From Mobula hypostoma (lineage: Eukaryota): a DNA stretch of 60,000 nt. The position numbers and the translations under genes were made by a program. Under the pieces are notes generated by a model, which saw only the letters and a program-made list of their open reading frames with translations, did not search any database and was not told the DNA's origin. The stretch lies in assembly GCF_963921235.1 (NCBI RefSeq), contig NC_086109.1:1676001-1736000 (forward strand), in the 5' to 3' direction. This document shows positions 11,965 to 24,900 of this stretch, one piece after another; positions within the stretch are counted from its first letter, which is position 1, and each line of letters begins with the position of its first letter.

Positions 11965-12390
11965 AAGCAATGACTCATTGTGTGAACAGTTATCCGCACA
12001 TGGTACTGAAATCTGTGGGGTTTGGCATTTTGGATGATGAATAGAGCATCTCAAGTTCCTGACATGGTCGGGGAAAATGCAGTGAGGATGAGATGTAGTT
12101 GGAACAACATTGGATAGAGTCAGTAGAAACTCGATGGGCAAGAGTGATCTGGATCAATGGATCTAGTCTTTGTGGGTTCTGGAGAGCAGGGGTGTGGACT
12201 GTGAGAGGCAGCATAAAAACTAGAGTCTGGGCATGTAATATACCAAAAAGTTGTGGAAAGTTAGAGCATGCATCATATCAATGTCCCATTATAACCTACA
12301 GTAGCCTACACTATCCATTACACCACCATTTCCGTTATCTGCAAATTTAACCCACCCTTTCACTTCCTCATCTAAGCTATTTATAAAAAT
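11965..12390 (-). mobile_element. Old CR1 fragment
   Basis: FINSLDEEVKGWVKFAD remnant plus a degenerate 3' portion. Confidence 0.6.
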
Positions 12391-12391
12391 C

Positions 12392-13512
12392 ACATAAGAA
12401 CATAAGAAATAGGAACAGGAGTAAACTATCTGGCCTGTCGAGCCTGCTCTTGATAACCTGCTGCATCTGCAAACCAACCTTTTGTGATTAATGCATAAGC
12501 ACTCCCAGGTCTGTCTGCACAGCAGCGTGCTGCAATCTTTTACCATATAAGTAATAATCTGCTCTTACATTCTGCCTTCCAAAGCGGATGACCTCGCGTT
12601 TACCAACATTGTACGCCATCTGCCAGACCCTTGCCCACTCTCTTAACCTATCTATATCTCTCTGCAGACTCTCCGTATCTTCTGCACAATTTGCTATTCC
12701 ACTCAATTTGGTGTCATTATCAAACTTAGATAAACTAAACTCAGTCCCCTCTTCTAGGTCGTTAATGTATATCGTGAACAGTTGTGGGCCTAGACACCAA
12801 CCCCTGCAGCACACCACACACCACTCTTTGCCAACCAATAACACCCATGTATCCCAACTCTCTGCCTTCTATTAGTTAACCAATCCTCTATCCATGCTAA
12901 TACAACATCCCCAACACTCTGCATCCTTATCTTATGAATATGTCTTTTTTGTGGCAGCTTAAGGAACACCTTTTGGAAATCCAAGTAAATGAAGTTCATC
13001 AGTTCCCCTCTATCCACTGCATTCGTTAAATACTTAAAAGAGCTTCAGTAAGTTTGTCAAACAAGACCTGCCTTTGCTGAACCCATGCTGTGTCTGCCTG
13101 ATAGATCCATTTCTTTCCAGATGCCTCGCTATTTCTTCATTAATGGTAGCTTCAAGCATTTTCCCAACTAGAGATGTTACACTAACTGGCCTATAGTTCC
13201 CTGCCTTTTGCCTACATCCTTTTTTCAAGCAGTGGCATGACATTCACTGTCTTCCAATCTGCCAGGACTTGCCCAGAGTCCAGAGAATTTTGGTAAATCA
13301 TCACCAAAGCCTCTACCATAACTTCTTCCATTTCTTCAGTACACTGGGATGCGTTCCATCAGAACGAGGGGACTTATCTATCTTCAGGCCCACAAGTTTG
13401 CTCAGCACTACCTCTTCAGTGATAGCTATTGAATCGAGGTCCCCACCTCCCATCGCATCCGTACTATCTCTCTTTGGCATGTTAGAGGCATCCTCCACCA
13501 TGAAGACCGACA
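12392..13512 (-). mobile_element. CR1 LINE fragment with internal deletion
   Basis: NYRPVSVTS, QHGFSKGRSCLTNL, YLDFQK, LGPQLFTIYINDL..SKFDNDTKL; (tcttatgt) tail at 12392. Confidence 0.9.
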
Positions 13513-13519
13513 ATAACCA

Positions 13520-15620
13520 CAAAGAACAAGTACCCCAGAGCAGATCCCAACAGGACAGCACTGATCACAGACATGCAGAATATGATTCATCTACAACTGG
13601 CCTCTACACTTGTTTCCTCTCAGAACATCAGCGGTGTACTCCTTCTTCAAAGAATGATGTTTCTCTTCCTCCACCATTGATGCTGCCCTCACCTACAACT
13701 CCTCCATTTCCCAGACACCTGCCCTCACCACATCTTCCCACCACCCTAAGAGGGATAAAGTTCCTCTCGTCCTTACCTACCACTCATGAACTTCCACATC
13801 CAGCACATCATTCTTTGCAACTTCCGCCATCTTCACTGGAATCCTACTACAAAAAATCTTTACTTCCTCCCTTCCCCCACAAACTCTGTTTTCAGCAGGG
13901 ATCACCCTGTGTCTCCCTTGCTCATTCATTCCTCCTCACTAATCTCCTTTCTGGCATTTATGTCTGGATATGGAAGAAGTGCTACACCTGGCCATTCATA
14001 TCCTTCCTAACCTTCATTCAGGATTAGAATCAGGTTTATTGTCACCGGCATGTGTTGTGAAATTTGTTAACATAGCAGCAGCAGTTCAATGCAATACATA
14101 ATCTAGAAGAAAAAAAAAATAAATCAATTACAGTATATGTTTATTGAATAGATTAAAAATAGTGCAAAAACAGAAATAATATATATTAAAAAAGTGAGGT
14201 AGTGTTCAGGGGTTCAATGTCCATTTAGGAATCGGATGGCAGAGGGGAAGAAGCTGTTCCTGAATCACCGAGTGTGTGGCTTCAGGCTTCTGTATCTCCT
14301 ACCTGATGGTAACAGTGAGAAAAGGGCATGCCCTGGGTGCTGGAGGTCCTTAATAATGGAAGCTGCCTTTCTGAGACACCGCTCCCTGAAGATGTCCTGG
14401 GTACTTTGTAGGTTAGTACCCAAGATGGAGCTGTCTAAATTTACAACTCTCTGCAGCTTCTTTTGGTCCTGTGCAGTAGCCCCCTCCCACACCCCCCATA
14501 CCAGACAGTGACGCAGCCTGTCAGAATGCTCTCCACGGTACATCTATAGAAGTTTTTGAGTGTTTTTGTTGACATACCAAATCTTTTCAAACTCCTAATG
14601 AAGTATATTCACTGTCTTGCCTTCTTTATAACTGCATCAGGTTAGGTCCTTAGAGATCTTGACACCCAGGAACTTGAAGCTGCTCACTCTCTCCACTTCT
14701 GATCCCTCTATGAGGATTGGTATGTGTTCCTTCGTCTTGCCCTTCCTGAAGTCCACAATCAGCTCTTTCATCTTACTGACGTTGAGTGCCAGGTTGTTGC
14801 TGTGACACCATTCCACTAGTAGGCATGTCTTGTGGCAGTGTTGAGGACATGCTATCACTAATCCACACGGAATGTGGTCTTCAGGTTAGGAAGTCGAGGA
14901 TCCAATTGCAGAGGGAGGTACAGAGACCCAGGTTCTGCAACTTCTCAATCAGGATTTTGGGAATTATGGTATTAAATGCTGAACTATAGTCGATGAACAG
15001 CATCCTGACATAGGTGTTTGTGTTGTCCTTGTGGTCTAAAGCTGTGTGAAGACCCATTGAGATTGCATCTGCCATTGACCTATTGTGGCGATAGGCAATT
15101 TGCAGTGGGTCCAGGTCCTTGCCGAGGCAGGAGTTCAGTCTAGTCATGACCAACCTCTCAAAGCATTTCATCACTGTAGATGTGAGTGCTACCGGCGAGA
15201 GTCATTAAGGCAGCCACATTATTCTTCTCAGCTACTGGTATAATTTGCCTTTTTGAAGCAAGTGGGAACTTCCGCCCGTAGTACTGAGAGGTTGAAAATG
15301 TCCTTGAATACCCTCGCCAGTTGGTCAGCACAGGTTTTCAGAGCCTTACTGGGTACTCCATTGGGACCTTGCGCCTTGCGAGGGTTCACTGTCTTTAAAG
15401 ACAGCCTAACATTGGCCTCTGAGACAGGGATGACAGGGTCATCAGGTACAGCAGGGATCTTTACAGCTGTAGTTATATTCTCCCTTTCAAAGCAGGCATA
15501 GAAGGCGTTGAGTTTATCTGGTAGTGAAGTGACCCCAAACTGGCCTTCCAGGTGAAGCAACATTTCACATGCAGGGTCGTTTATTATATTTGGTGATCCT
15601 GATGGGACCTCATCTACATA
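13520..15620 (+). mobile_element. Old Penelope element (13520-14022 and 15531-15620) split by a Rex1 insertion
   Basis: IQHIILCNFRHLHWNPTTK, then after the insertion FQVKQHFTC...VYYI (start of the GIY-YIG domain). Confidence 0.7.
14023..15530 (-). mobile_element. Rex1/Babar-clade LINE, 5' truncated
   Basis: [74 protein letters not shown]; tail ...aataaacctgattct. Confidence 0.9.
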
Positions 15621-15690
15621 AATTATCCCCTCAGCAGTATCCGAAGCAGTATGCAGGGGTGCTCTAAAACCCTTATTATACAGGGGTACT

Positions 15691-18600
15691 GCTTTCACTT
15701 TCAATCTTCTTTTATTGATTTAAAAGAATAAGGATAAATACAAACCAGAGAAGAGGTTATCTTAAATACATATTTCAATAATAGTACAAACAAAGAAAGG
15801 AATATACACTATCAAAATCATACATAGTATTAAGCTAATATAAAGAGAGAAAAGAACCACTTCTCCTCTTACAGTTCATAGTGAAAAAAGACTCAAGCTT
15901 TCTGTTATGAGAAAAAAAAACACTAAACTAACCTAAAACAAAAAAAAGGGGGGACTGGGCAGTCCATTTTGAGGATACAGTTAAAAAAAGGAAAAATCCT
16001 TCTGGTCAAATCTAAAACTTCACGGAGAAGAAAAAAATTAACTGGAAAAATAAAAAAAATTAGATCATATGAAAGTATTGAATAAAAGGTCGCCAAGTTT
16101 GCTCAAATTTAAAAGATGCATCAAACGTCCGACTCCTTATTTTCTCCAAACTTAAACACGACATAATGGAGGAGAGCCAAAACAAAAAAACCAGTAGGTG
16201 GATTGGGATCCTTCCAGCACAATAGAATAGCTCTCCTGGCCAATAAAGTTGAGAAAGCTATCATACGTTGAGCTGAAGCAGGAACATTTCCTGCCTCTGT
16301 TGGAATTATCCCAAAAATTGCCATAAATGAATTAGATTGTAGGTCCAGACCTATGACTTTTGATAACATTCTGAAAACATTTCTCCAAAAATTATTTAAC
16401 TATGCAGGACCAAAACATATGAGTTGAGGTGGCCACCTCAGCATTGCATCTATCACAGGTAGGATTTATATTAGAAAAAATACACGCTAGTTTATCTTTT
16501 GACATATGCGCCCTGTGCACTACCTTGAACTGAATCAAGGAGTGACGGGCACAGATGAATTATTAACTAAATCACAAATTTTATTCCATTGATTATCTGA
16601 AAGTGACTCTTGAAATTCCAATTCCCAAGCACGTTTAACCTTACCATTCGACATCATTCGTAAATTCAATAGCCGTTTATATATAAAGGCTATCAATCCT
16701 TTTTGGAATGGTGTAAGCTGAAAGGTAACATCTATCATATTCAGTACATGAGCAAATGGATAATTCGGTAACAAATTTGCATAAAAATTTCCTGATTTGT
16801 AAATATCTAAAAAATTGTGCATTAGATAAATCAAATTTGTCCACTAGCTGTGAAAAAGACATTAAGCAATCCTCTAAAAATAAATCTAGAAAAGTTTTTA
16901 TTCCCTTAGTTTTCCATGTTAAAAAGGCCTTATCTAAAATTGATGTTTTAAAAAATAGTTAAAATGGATATTACTAGAAAGAACAAAGTTATTTAAGTCA
17001 AAAGTTCTGCGAAACTGAAACCAAATTTTTGATGTATGTCTAACAATGGGACTAAGATCTTGTCTACCAATCGTAGAAAACAAAAAGGGAAGAGGAGCTC
17101 CCAGTAAAGAAGCCAAAGAGAACCCCTTTACCGAGTTCTCCTCCAAGTCCAACCGTGAAGGCAGTCCTGCATGTCTATACAGTGAATCTAAAGAGTAATA
17201 TAATGAATATTAATTGCCCAGGAATAGAATCCAAAGTTTGGTAAAGCCAAGCCACCATCTTTTTTTAAATTTTTGCAGTAAAGGTTTACTCACTCTAGAG
17301 CTTTTATCATTCCAGATATATGATAAGATCATAGAATCTATTCTATCAAAAAACATTTTCAGGACAAAGGATGGAACAGCTTGAAACATGTATAAAAACT
17401 TTGGTAAAATTGTTATTTTTATAGTATTTATTCGACCAATTAACTACATCGTCATAGGCGACCATTTGGAAAGCGTTTGTTGTGTATATTCAATTAAAGG
17501 AAGAAAATTATATTTATATAGATCTTTAAAATGTTTAGTAATTTTAATACCAAGATAGGTAAAATTATTTTTAGCAATATTAAAAGGTATTTGCTCATAT
17601 TGATCCAAATAATTATTAATAGGAAATAATTCACTTCTTTGTAAATTTAACTTGTATCCGGAGAAAGTACTAAATTCAGTAAATATGAATAACATAGAAG
17701 GAATACATTTCCTAGGGTCTGAAATGTAAACTAATAAGTCATCTGCATACAACGAAACCTTATGTACTTTCTCCCCTCTCTTAATACCCTGAACAGAGTT
17801 GGAATCCCTAAGAGCAATAGCAAGTGGTTCTAAAGCCAAATCAAATAATAAAGGACTAAGAGGACAATCCTGCTGGGTTCCTCTATATAATCTGAAATAA
17901 GGAGCTGTTTGATTGTTAGTTATAACAGCAGCCATCAGGGCTTGATAGATCAGTTTGATCCAGGAAATGAATCTCTCCAAAAGCTGAAATAAATAAGGCC
18001 ATTCCACCCTATCAAAAGCACTCTCTGCATCCAGAGAGACAATACATACAGATTCTTTAACTGAGGGAGAATAAATAATATTTAACAATCTTCGAATATT
18101 AAAATGTGAATACCTATTTTTAATAAATCCAGTTTGATCATTTGAAATAACAGTAGGCAAAATATTCTCAAGCCTTTTAGCCAGAATCTTGGAGAGAATT
18201 TTAAAGTCCACATTCAATAAGGAAATTGGTCTATAGGAGGCACATTCAGATGGATCTTTTCCTTTTTTAGGAATCAATGACATTGATGCCTCATAAAAAG
18301 TTTTCGGGAGATTCCCAGAGGATATAGAATCAATGAAAGTTTGACATAGATGTGATGTAAGCATTTCAGTAAAAGTCTTATAAAATTCCACTGTATATCC
18401 ATCTGGTCCTGGAGCTTTCCCTAGTTGCATAGAGGATATAGCCCTAGCTATTTCCTCTTGTTTAATAGGCACATCTAATGTGTAAATGTCTTGAATAGAA
18501 ATTTTAGGTATATTTAATTTTTGGAAAAATCTATTCATAAAGATAGTATTATCAGAAAATTCAGATTTATAAAGATTAGAATAGAAATCCATAAATATCT

Positions 18601-21586
18601 TATTAATTTCACGAGGATCTAATGTTTCAGTTCTATCTGGTCTACGTATTTTCAAAATCCATCTTCTCACCATATTTGCCTTCAACTGACCAGCCAGCAA
18701 TTTACCTGATTCATCACCATGTATATAAATATGACTTTTGGACTTTAAAAGTTGCTGCTCAATGGGGAAGGTCAAAAGCAGATCATGCTGTGTTTGGAGT
18801 TCAACCCTTTCCCTATACAGATCTTCACTAGGTCTTACTGAATACGCTTTATCTATCTCTTTAATTTTATTAGTAATCACTAAAAGTTCCACTTTAGTTA
18901 AACCTGTTGAATATGAAATTATCTGTCCCCAAGAAAGGATTTCATCGTATCCCATATAACCAAATTTGACATACCTTCAGTTGTGTTAAGTTCAAAAAAT
19001 AAAGAAATTTGCTCCTTGATAAAACTAACAAAAGTTGAATCTTGTAACAATATGGGATTCAGGCTCCACTGTGACATTTTCAAAATATTATCAGAAAGCC
19101 TCAAAGTTAATTTCATGGGTTCGTGGTCCGACAGCGCAATGACATCGTATGCACAATCGGCAACGGAATACAACAACCGTATATCGAGAAAAAAATAATC
19201 AATTCTTGAATATTTATGATGTACATGTGAAAAAAAAAGAAATATCTTTATCATTAGGGTGCTTATATCTCCAAATATCAACCAAACCATATTCTAATAG
19301 AAAAGAATTAATACAAGTCGCCGCTTTATTAGGAAGCAACGGATTGGTTGATGACCTGTCAATTGATGGGTTAAAACAACAGTTAAAGTCACTGCCCATA
19401 ATCAACTTATATTCATTTAGATTCGGAAGCGCGGAAAATAGCTTCTTAAAAAATTCAGATTAGGTGCTTAGACACACACCAAAGCCACCTTTTGACCACA
19501 TAGCAAACCAGTGACAATTAAATATCTTCCAATCAAATCAGTAACAGTACTAAAATGTACAAAAGGGATTTTAGAGTTAACAAAAATAGATACCCCTCTA
19601 ATTTTATTTATTGATAAAGAATGATATAAAGGTCCTTTGCATAATTTAAAAAAGTGATTTTCATCCTGTCTCTATACATGAGTTTTTTGCGCAAAAATAA
19701 TATGCGCATGAAGTGTTCTTAATTTCTTAAAAATCTTTTTACGCTTAATAAAATGATTCCTGCCATTGAAATTCCAAGAAATTATATTAATTTTATTAGC
19801 ATCCAAGTTTAAGATTTAATTTAAAATTTTATAAAGAAAGCTATTGCACAAGCACAAACTAGATCCAAAGGAAAAAAAAGCACAGACTTGGCCAGAAGTG
19901 ACGACATGATTGATACAAGATATAGCCTCTCAGAACTGCCCAGTCGAAAAAAAACTATTCTAATAGCCCCACCCCTCTCCTCTAAAGCTCGAAAAGCCAT
20001 CCAATAGAAGGATAGCATGCTGACCTATGACCCTAACCTCAATCTCCATTTTGCAGCTATATTAACAAAGTTATATGTTTACACCACCGATTGTAGACAT
20101 AATAAAAGAAATGAACAAATTTCAGATATTGTAATGTTATGTCTAACAATAATTAAAACGTAGTTAGCGACGGCCATCTTAAATTCATCTAAAGTATATT
20201 AATCATGTATTCAGAAAAGGATAAATCCAAGCAGATAATATATTACAACTGAAATTTAAAAAAACTTACAAATCATAAAAAAAGTGTTAGTATGTGTATA
20301 TATATATATCAAACCCAGAGCTATATTAATATTAAGGCAAGCAAGAAAGAAAATTAAATCAACCAGGCCCCCCATGCGGACATCCATAAAATGTGGAACA
20401 GGCTTTCTTCAAAGCAACTATAGATATATACTAACTATTAACAAATAAAAAAAACATTAGATCAGCCAAGTCCTGTACGGACATCCATAAAACGTAGAAC
20501 AGACTTTCCTCAAGGCATCTATAAACATCTCTCAGCTCGGAATTACCTATTCAAGTTGCATTCAACATAGATTTAAACTCCTTAATAAAATCCCAGCCTT
20601 CATCTGGAGAGTTAATCTTTTGTGGCTGAGAGTCAGGCTGAAAAATTATCAAATGTGCCAGATAGTGGAGCGATGGGCGACATTTTCTTTTATATAATTC
20701 AACCATCAGTTCCCGGTATTTCCTTCTTTCAGCAAAAATCTCCGGAACAAAGTCCTCCACTGTACGAATTTCTGTTGCATTGCAGATTAGCTTACCCCTT
20801 TTTCTTGCTTCTCGGCGTATAGCTTCTTTGGTTGTAAACTAGTGCAGGCATAGTACCAGTGGTCATGGACGTAATTCGGGTGAGGGCTTAGATTGTGGGA
20901 TTTGATTAGCTGTATCGAGTACAGGGGTTGCTTCAAGAATCTCACTAAAAAGTGAATATAGTATATCTGAAAAGAACTTTAACAGGTCACTGGTTTCAGT
21001 ATTTTCAGGCAAGCCCAATATATGTAAATTCCGCCTGCGCATTCTGCTATCTAAATCAATCGTTTTTTTCTTCGTTCTTGATAATTCCAGAGTAACTTCA
21101 TTAATTTTCTTTTCCATAGATGACATCTTCAATTCTTGCTTGTTAATAGTTTACCTGAACAAGTCCTGTTCCCTCTCAATTCGATGAGTAGTCTATTTGA
21201 GCATCTGAGATTGAAAATCCATTTTACAGCAAATGGAGTGAGACATGTTTTCACTGCGGCTCTACTTTTTATACCTTACATTCCACTGATAGATCCGTTT
21301 TAAGCTTGAAGATTCACTATTTTTGTTGAAGGATTTATGACTTAACTACGATGGCAGGAAGTCGATCCAGTATTGAATTGAGAGGCGGCAAGACCCTTCC
21401 CAAAACGGAATAAGCGGAGCAAACAAAGAAATCGGAGGAACTTCCTACTTTAGAAAGAATACTCTCTTCAATACAAGATATGAAACTTGAATTTGGATAG
21501 CTTAACACTAAGATTGATAAACTGATGGATGCTAACGGAAAGCTTGAAAACTCAATCTCTACTGTTCAAGAATCTTTGAAGAATTT
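15691..21586 (-). mobile_element. Near full-length decayed L1-clade LINE with inverted 5' end
   Basis: ORF1 remnants at 20551-21140 (DLDSRMRRRNLHILGLPE). ORF2 ~19800-16060: EN (GSDFNC, YSRIDYF, SDH), RT (GKAPGPDGY, YRPISLLN, SLYADD) and Cys-rich C-terminus. Flanked by a 36-bp direct repeat (15655-15690, 21587-21622). Confidence 0.93.
17444..18955 (-). pseudogene. L1 ORF2 reverse transcriptase, longest open segment (503 aa)
   Basis: RT motifs DQTGFIKNR, SLDAESAFDRV, GTQQDCPLSPLLF, LYADDLL. Frameshifted at both ends. Confidence 0.9.
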
Positions 21587-21622
21587 AGGGGTACTCTAAA
21601 ACCCTTATTATACAAGGGTACT

Positions 21623-21910
21623 CTGCACTGGCTGTCCACTTCCATTCCTTTTCCTGACAGTAACCTGGTGCAACCTAGGGGTGACTACCTTCTTGTGGCT
21701 CCTATCTGTCACTTCCTCAGTCTCCTGTATGAGCCAAAGGACATCAAACTGCAGCTCCAGTTCCTTAATATATTCTCTGAGGAACTGCAGCTCGGTGCAA
21801 CCGGTGCGGATGTGTTTATCCAGGGAGCTGAAGGTCTCCCAGAATTCCCACATCTCAGCCACAGTACAAAGCACAGCCCCTAGAGCCATTCTCACTGCAC
21901 TAGCTGTGCC
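21623..21910 (-). mobile_element. CR1 ORF1 fragment (target of the L1 insertion; continues at ~15620-15655)
   Basis: C..EMWE...CTELQFLREYIKELELQFDVL...VVTPR, homologous to the ORF1 at 25801-26346. Confidence 0.75.
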
Positions 21911-21984
21911 CTAACAGATGAGGTATGAAGAACAAAGAAGAAGAAGAAATTTGCCAGATACTTGCTTGATGAGCCAAATCCACT

Positions 21985-24900
21985 CCAGCACTGGCATTGC
22001 CCATGGTCTCCACTCAGCCTTAAAAAGAATTCCTTCAGCCTCCATGCGATCTAACTCATTGGCCACTTTATCACTGATGGTATAGGAAGCTGGAAGGGCT
22101 TTGTAAAACTTGGGTGTGGCATTTTCATTTAACACTATTTTATTCTTGATATGTCTGAGTTATCCAGTGTCATTCTTGAACGCTGCCATGACATCATCCA
22201 GTACCTGAATTCACTTTCACTTGATTCTATTGCAGGGAGCGTGGCATGCAAACGGTTGATGGATCTCCAATCGTGGCCCCACAATGCTGTCTCTCCTGTT
22301 TTTACCACATTCAAGCCCAATGTGGCTTGTGGATGGTTGTATCTCACTATTACGAATATCATTCCCACGGGAGTTATCTGTTCTCCAGTGTAAATTCTTT
22401 CCTGTCACAAACAAGAAAAAACCTACAGATGCTGGAAATCCCGGGAACATGCACAACTTGCTGGAGGAACTCAGTCGGTCAGGCAGCATCTGTGTTTACT
22501 CTTTTCCATAGGTGCTGCCTGGCCAACTGAGCTCCTCCCGCACTTTATGTGTGTTGCTTGTTTGTTTCTTAGTTTTTTCCACATTTTAAATCTCAAGTCA
22601 TTATCAGATTTCTCATCAGCAACATGCAGATCAGTGCTGTTTTTATCTTTTCCTCTTTTCTGTGAAGTCCATTTATTTTTGGCTGCCTGACATGCTCTTT
22701 GTATGTGTCATACTTTATTGAATTTTCTGCACGTTTCGCCTTTAACCCTGAATGAGTCTGGTGCTTGTGAGCCCTTGCCACAAAGATGACACAATTTAGA
22801 ACATAGACATCTACAGCACATTACAGGCCATTCTGCCCACAATGTTGTGCTGACCATGTAACCTATTCTAGAAGCTGTTTAGAATTTCCCTACAGCATAG
22901 CTCTCTATTTTTCTAAGCTCCATGTACCTATCTAAAAGTCTCTTAAAAGACCCTATTGTATCCGCCTCTATCACCTTTGCAGGCAGTGCATTCCACGCAC
23001 CCACCACTCTCTGTGTGAAAAACTTACCTCTGACATCCCCCATTTACCTACTTCCAAGCACCTTAAAACCATGCCCCCTGTGTTAGCCATTTCAGCCCTG
23101 GGAAAAAGCCTCTGGCTATCCACATGATCAATGCCTCTCAGCATCTTATACACCTCTGGCAAGTCACCTGTCATCCTCTGTCACTCTAAGGGGAAAAGTT
23201 CACTCAACGTATTCTCATAAGGCATGCTCTCCAATCCAGGCAACATCCTTGTAAGTCTCCTCTGCACTCTCTCTATAGTATCCACATCCTTCCTGTAATG
23301 AGGTGACCAGAACTGAACATGGTACTCCAAGTGGGGTCTACCTAAGTTCTTATATAGCTGTAACATGACCTCATGGCTCTTGAACTGAATCCCATGGTTG
23401 ATGAAGGTCAACACACCATACGCCTTCTTAACAATGTCAACCTGAGCAGCAGCTTTGAGTGTCCTATGGATGTGGACCCCAAGATCTTGCTGATCCTCCA
23501 CAATGCCACGAGTCTTACCATCAATACTATATCCTGTCTTCAAATTTAACCTACCAAAATGAACCACTTCATACTTACCTGGTTTGAACTCCATCTGCCA
23601 CTTTTCAGCCCAGTTCTGCATCCTATTGATGTCCTGCTGTAACCTCTGACGACTCTCCAGACTACCCACAACACCCCCAACTTTTGTATCATCAGCAAAT
23701 ATACTAACCCCGCCCCCTCTACTTCTTCATCTAGGTCATTTATAAAAATCACAAAGAGGAAGGGTCCCTGAACAGATCCCTGTGGAACACCACTGGTCAC
23801 CGACCTCCATGCAGAATATGAATCATCCACAACCACCCTTGGGCAAGCAAATTCTGGAACAACAAAAGCAAGATCTCCTAAGATCCCATGCCTTATTACT
23901 TTCTGAATGAGCCTGGCATGGGGAACTTATCCATATACACTACATACACTGCTGTGCTTTCATTAAAGTGTTTTGTTACATACTCAAAGAATTCAATCAG
24001 GTTCATAAGGCACGACCTGTCCTTGACAAAGCCATGCTGACTGTCCTTAATCAGATTATGTCTCTCCAAATGCTCATAAACCCAGCCTCTCGGGATCTTC
24101 TCCAACAACTTGCCCACCACTGAAGCCAGACTCACTGGTCTTTAATTTCCTGGGTTATCTCTACTCCCCTTCTTGAACAAGGAAACAACATTTGTAACCT
24201 TCCAATCCTCTGGTGCTTCTCCCGTCCTTATTGATGATGCAAAGATCATTGCAAGAGGCTCAGCATTCTCCTCCCTCACTACCCAGTAGCCTGGGGTATA
24301 TCTTGTCCGGTCCCAGCGACTTATCTAACGTAATGTTTTTCAAAAGCTTCAGCACATCCCCTTTCTAATGTCTATATGCTCAACTGTTTCAGTCCTCTGT
24401 ATGTCATCCCTACAATTGCCAAGGTCCCTTTCACTGGTGAATACTGAAGCAAAGTATTCATTAAGTACCTCCGCTACCTCCTCTGACTCCATACACACGT
24501 TTCCACTATCACACCTGACTGGTCCTATTCTCACACAGCTCATCCTCTTGCTCTTCACATACTTGTAGAATGCCTTGGGGCTTTCCTTAATCCTGCTCAC
24601 CAAGGCCTTTTCATGGCTCCTTCTAGCTCGCCTAATTTCAATCTTGAGCTCCTTCCTGACACCCATGTGATTTACTAGAGCTCTAACAGTGCCTAGTTTC
24701 TTCAACCTTTCATAAGCTTTTCTTCTTAACTGGATTTTCTACACCCTTGTACACCGTGGTTCTTTTACCCTGGACATTTGCCACATTTCTGCTGTACATT
24801 TCCCTTAGAATATCTGCTCCCAATTTATGTTCCCAACTTCCTGCTTATTTTCCAAAATTTTCTGCTGCTATCTCCAGCACTATGGTAAAGGAGATAGAGT

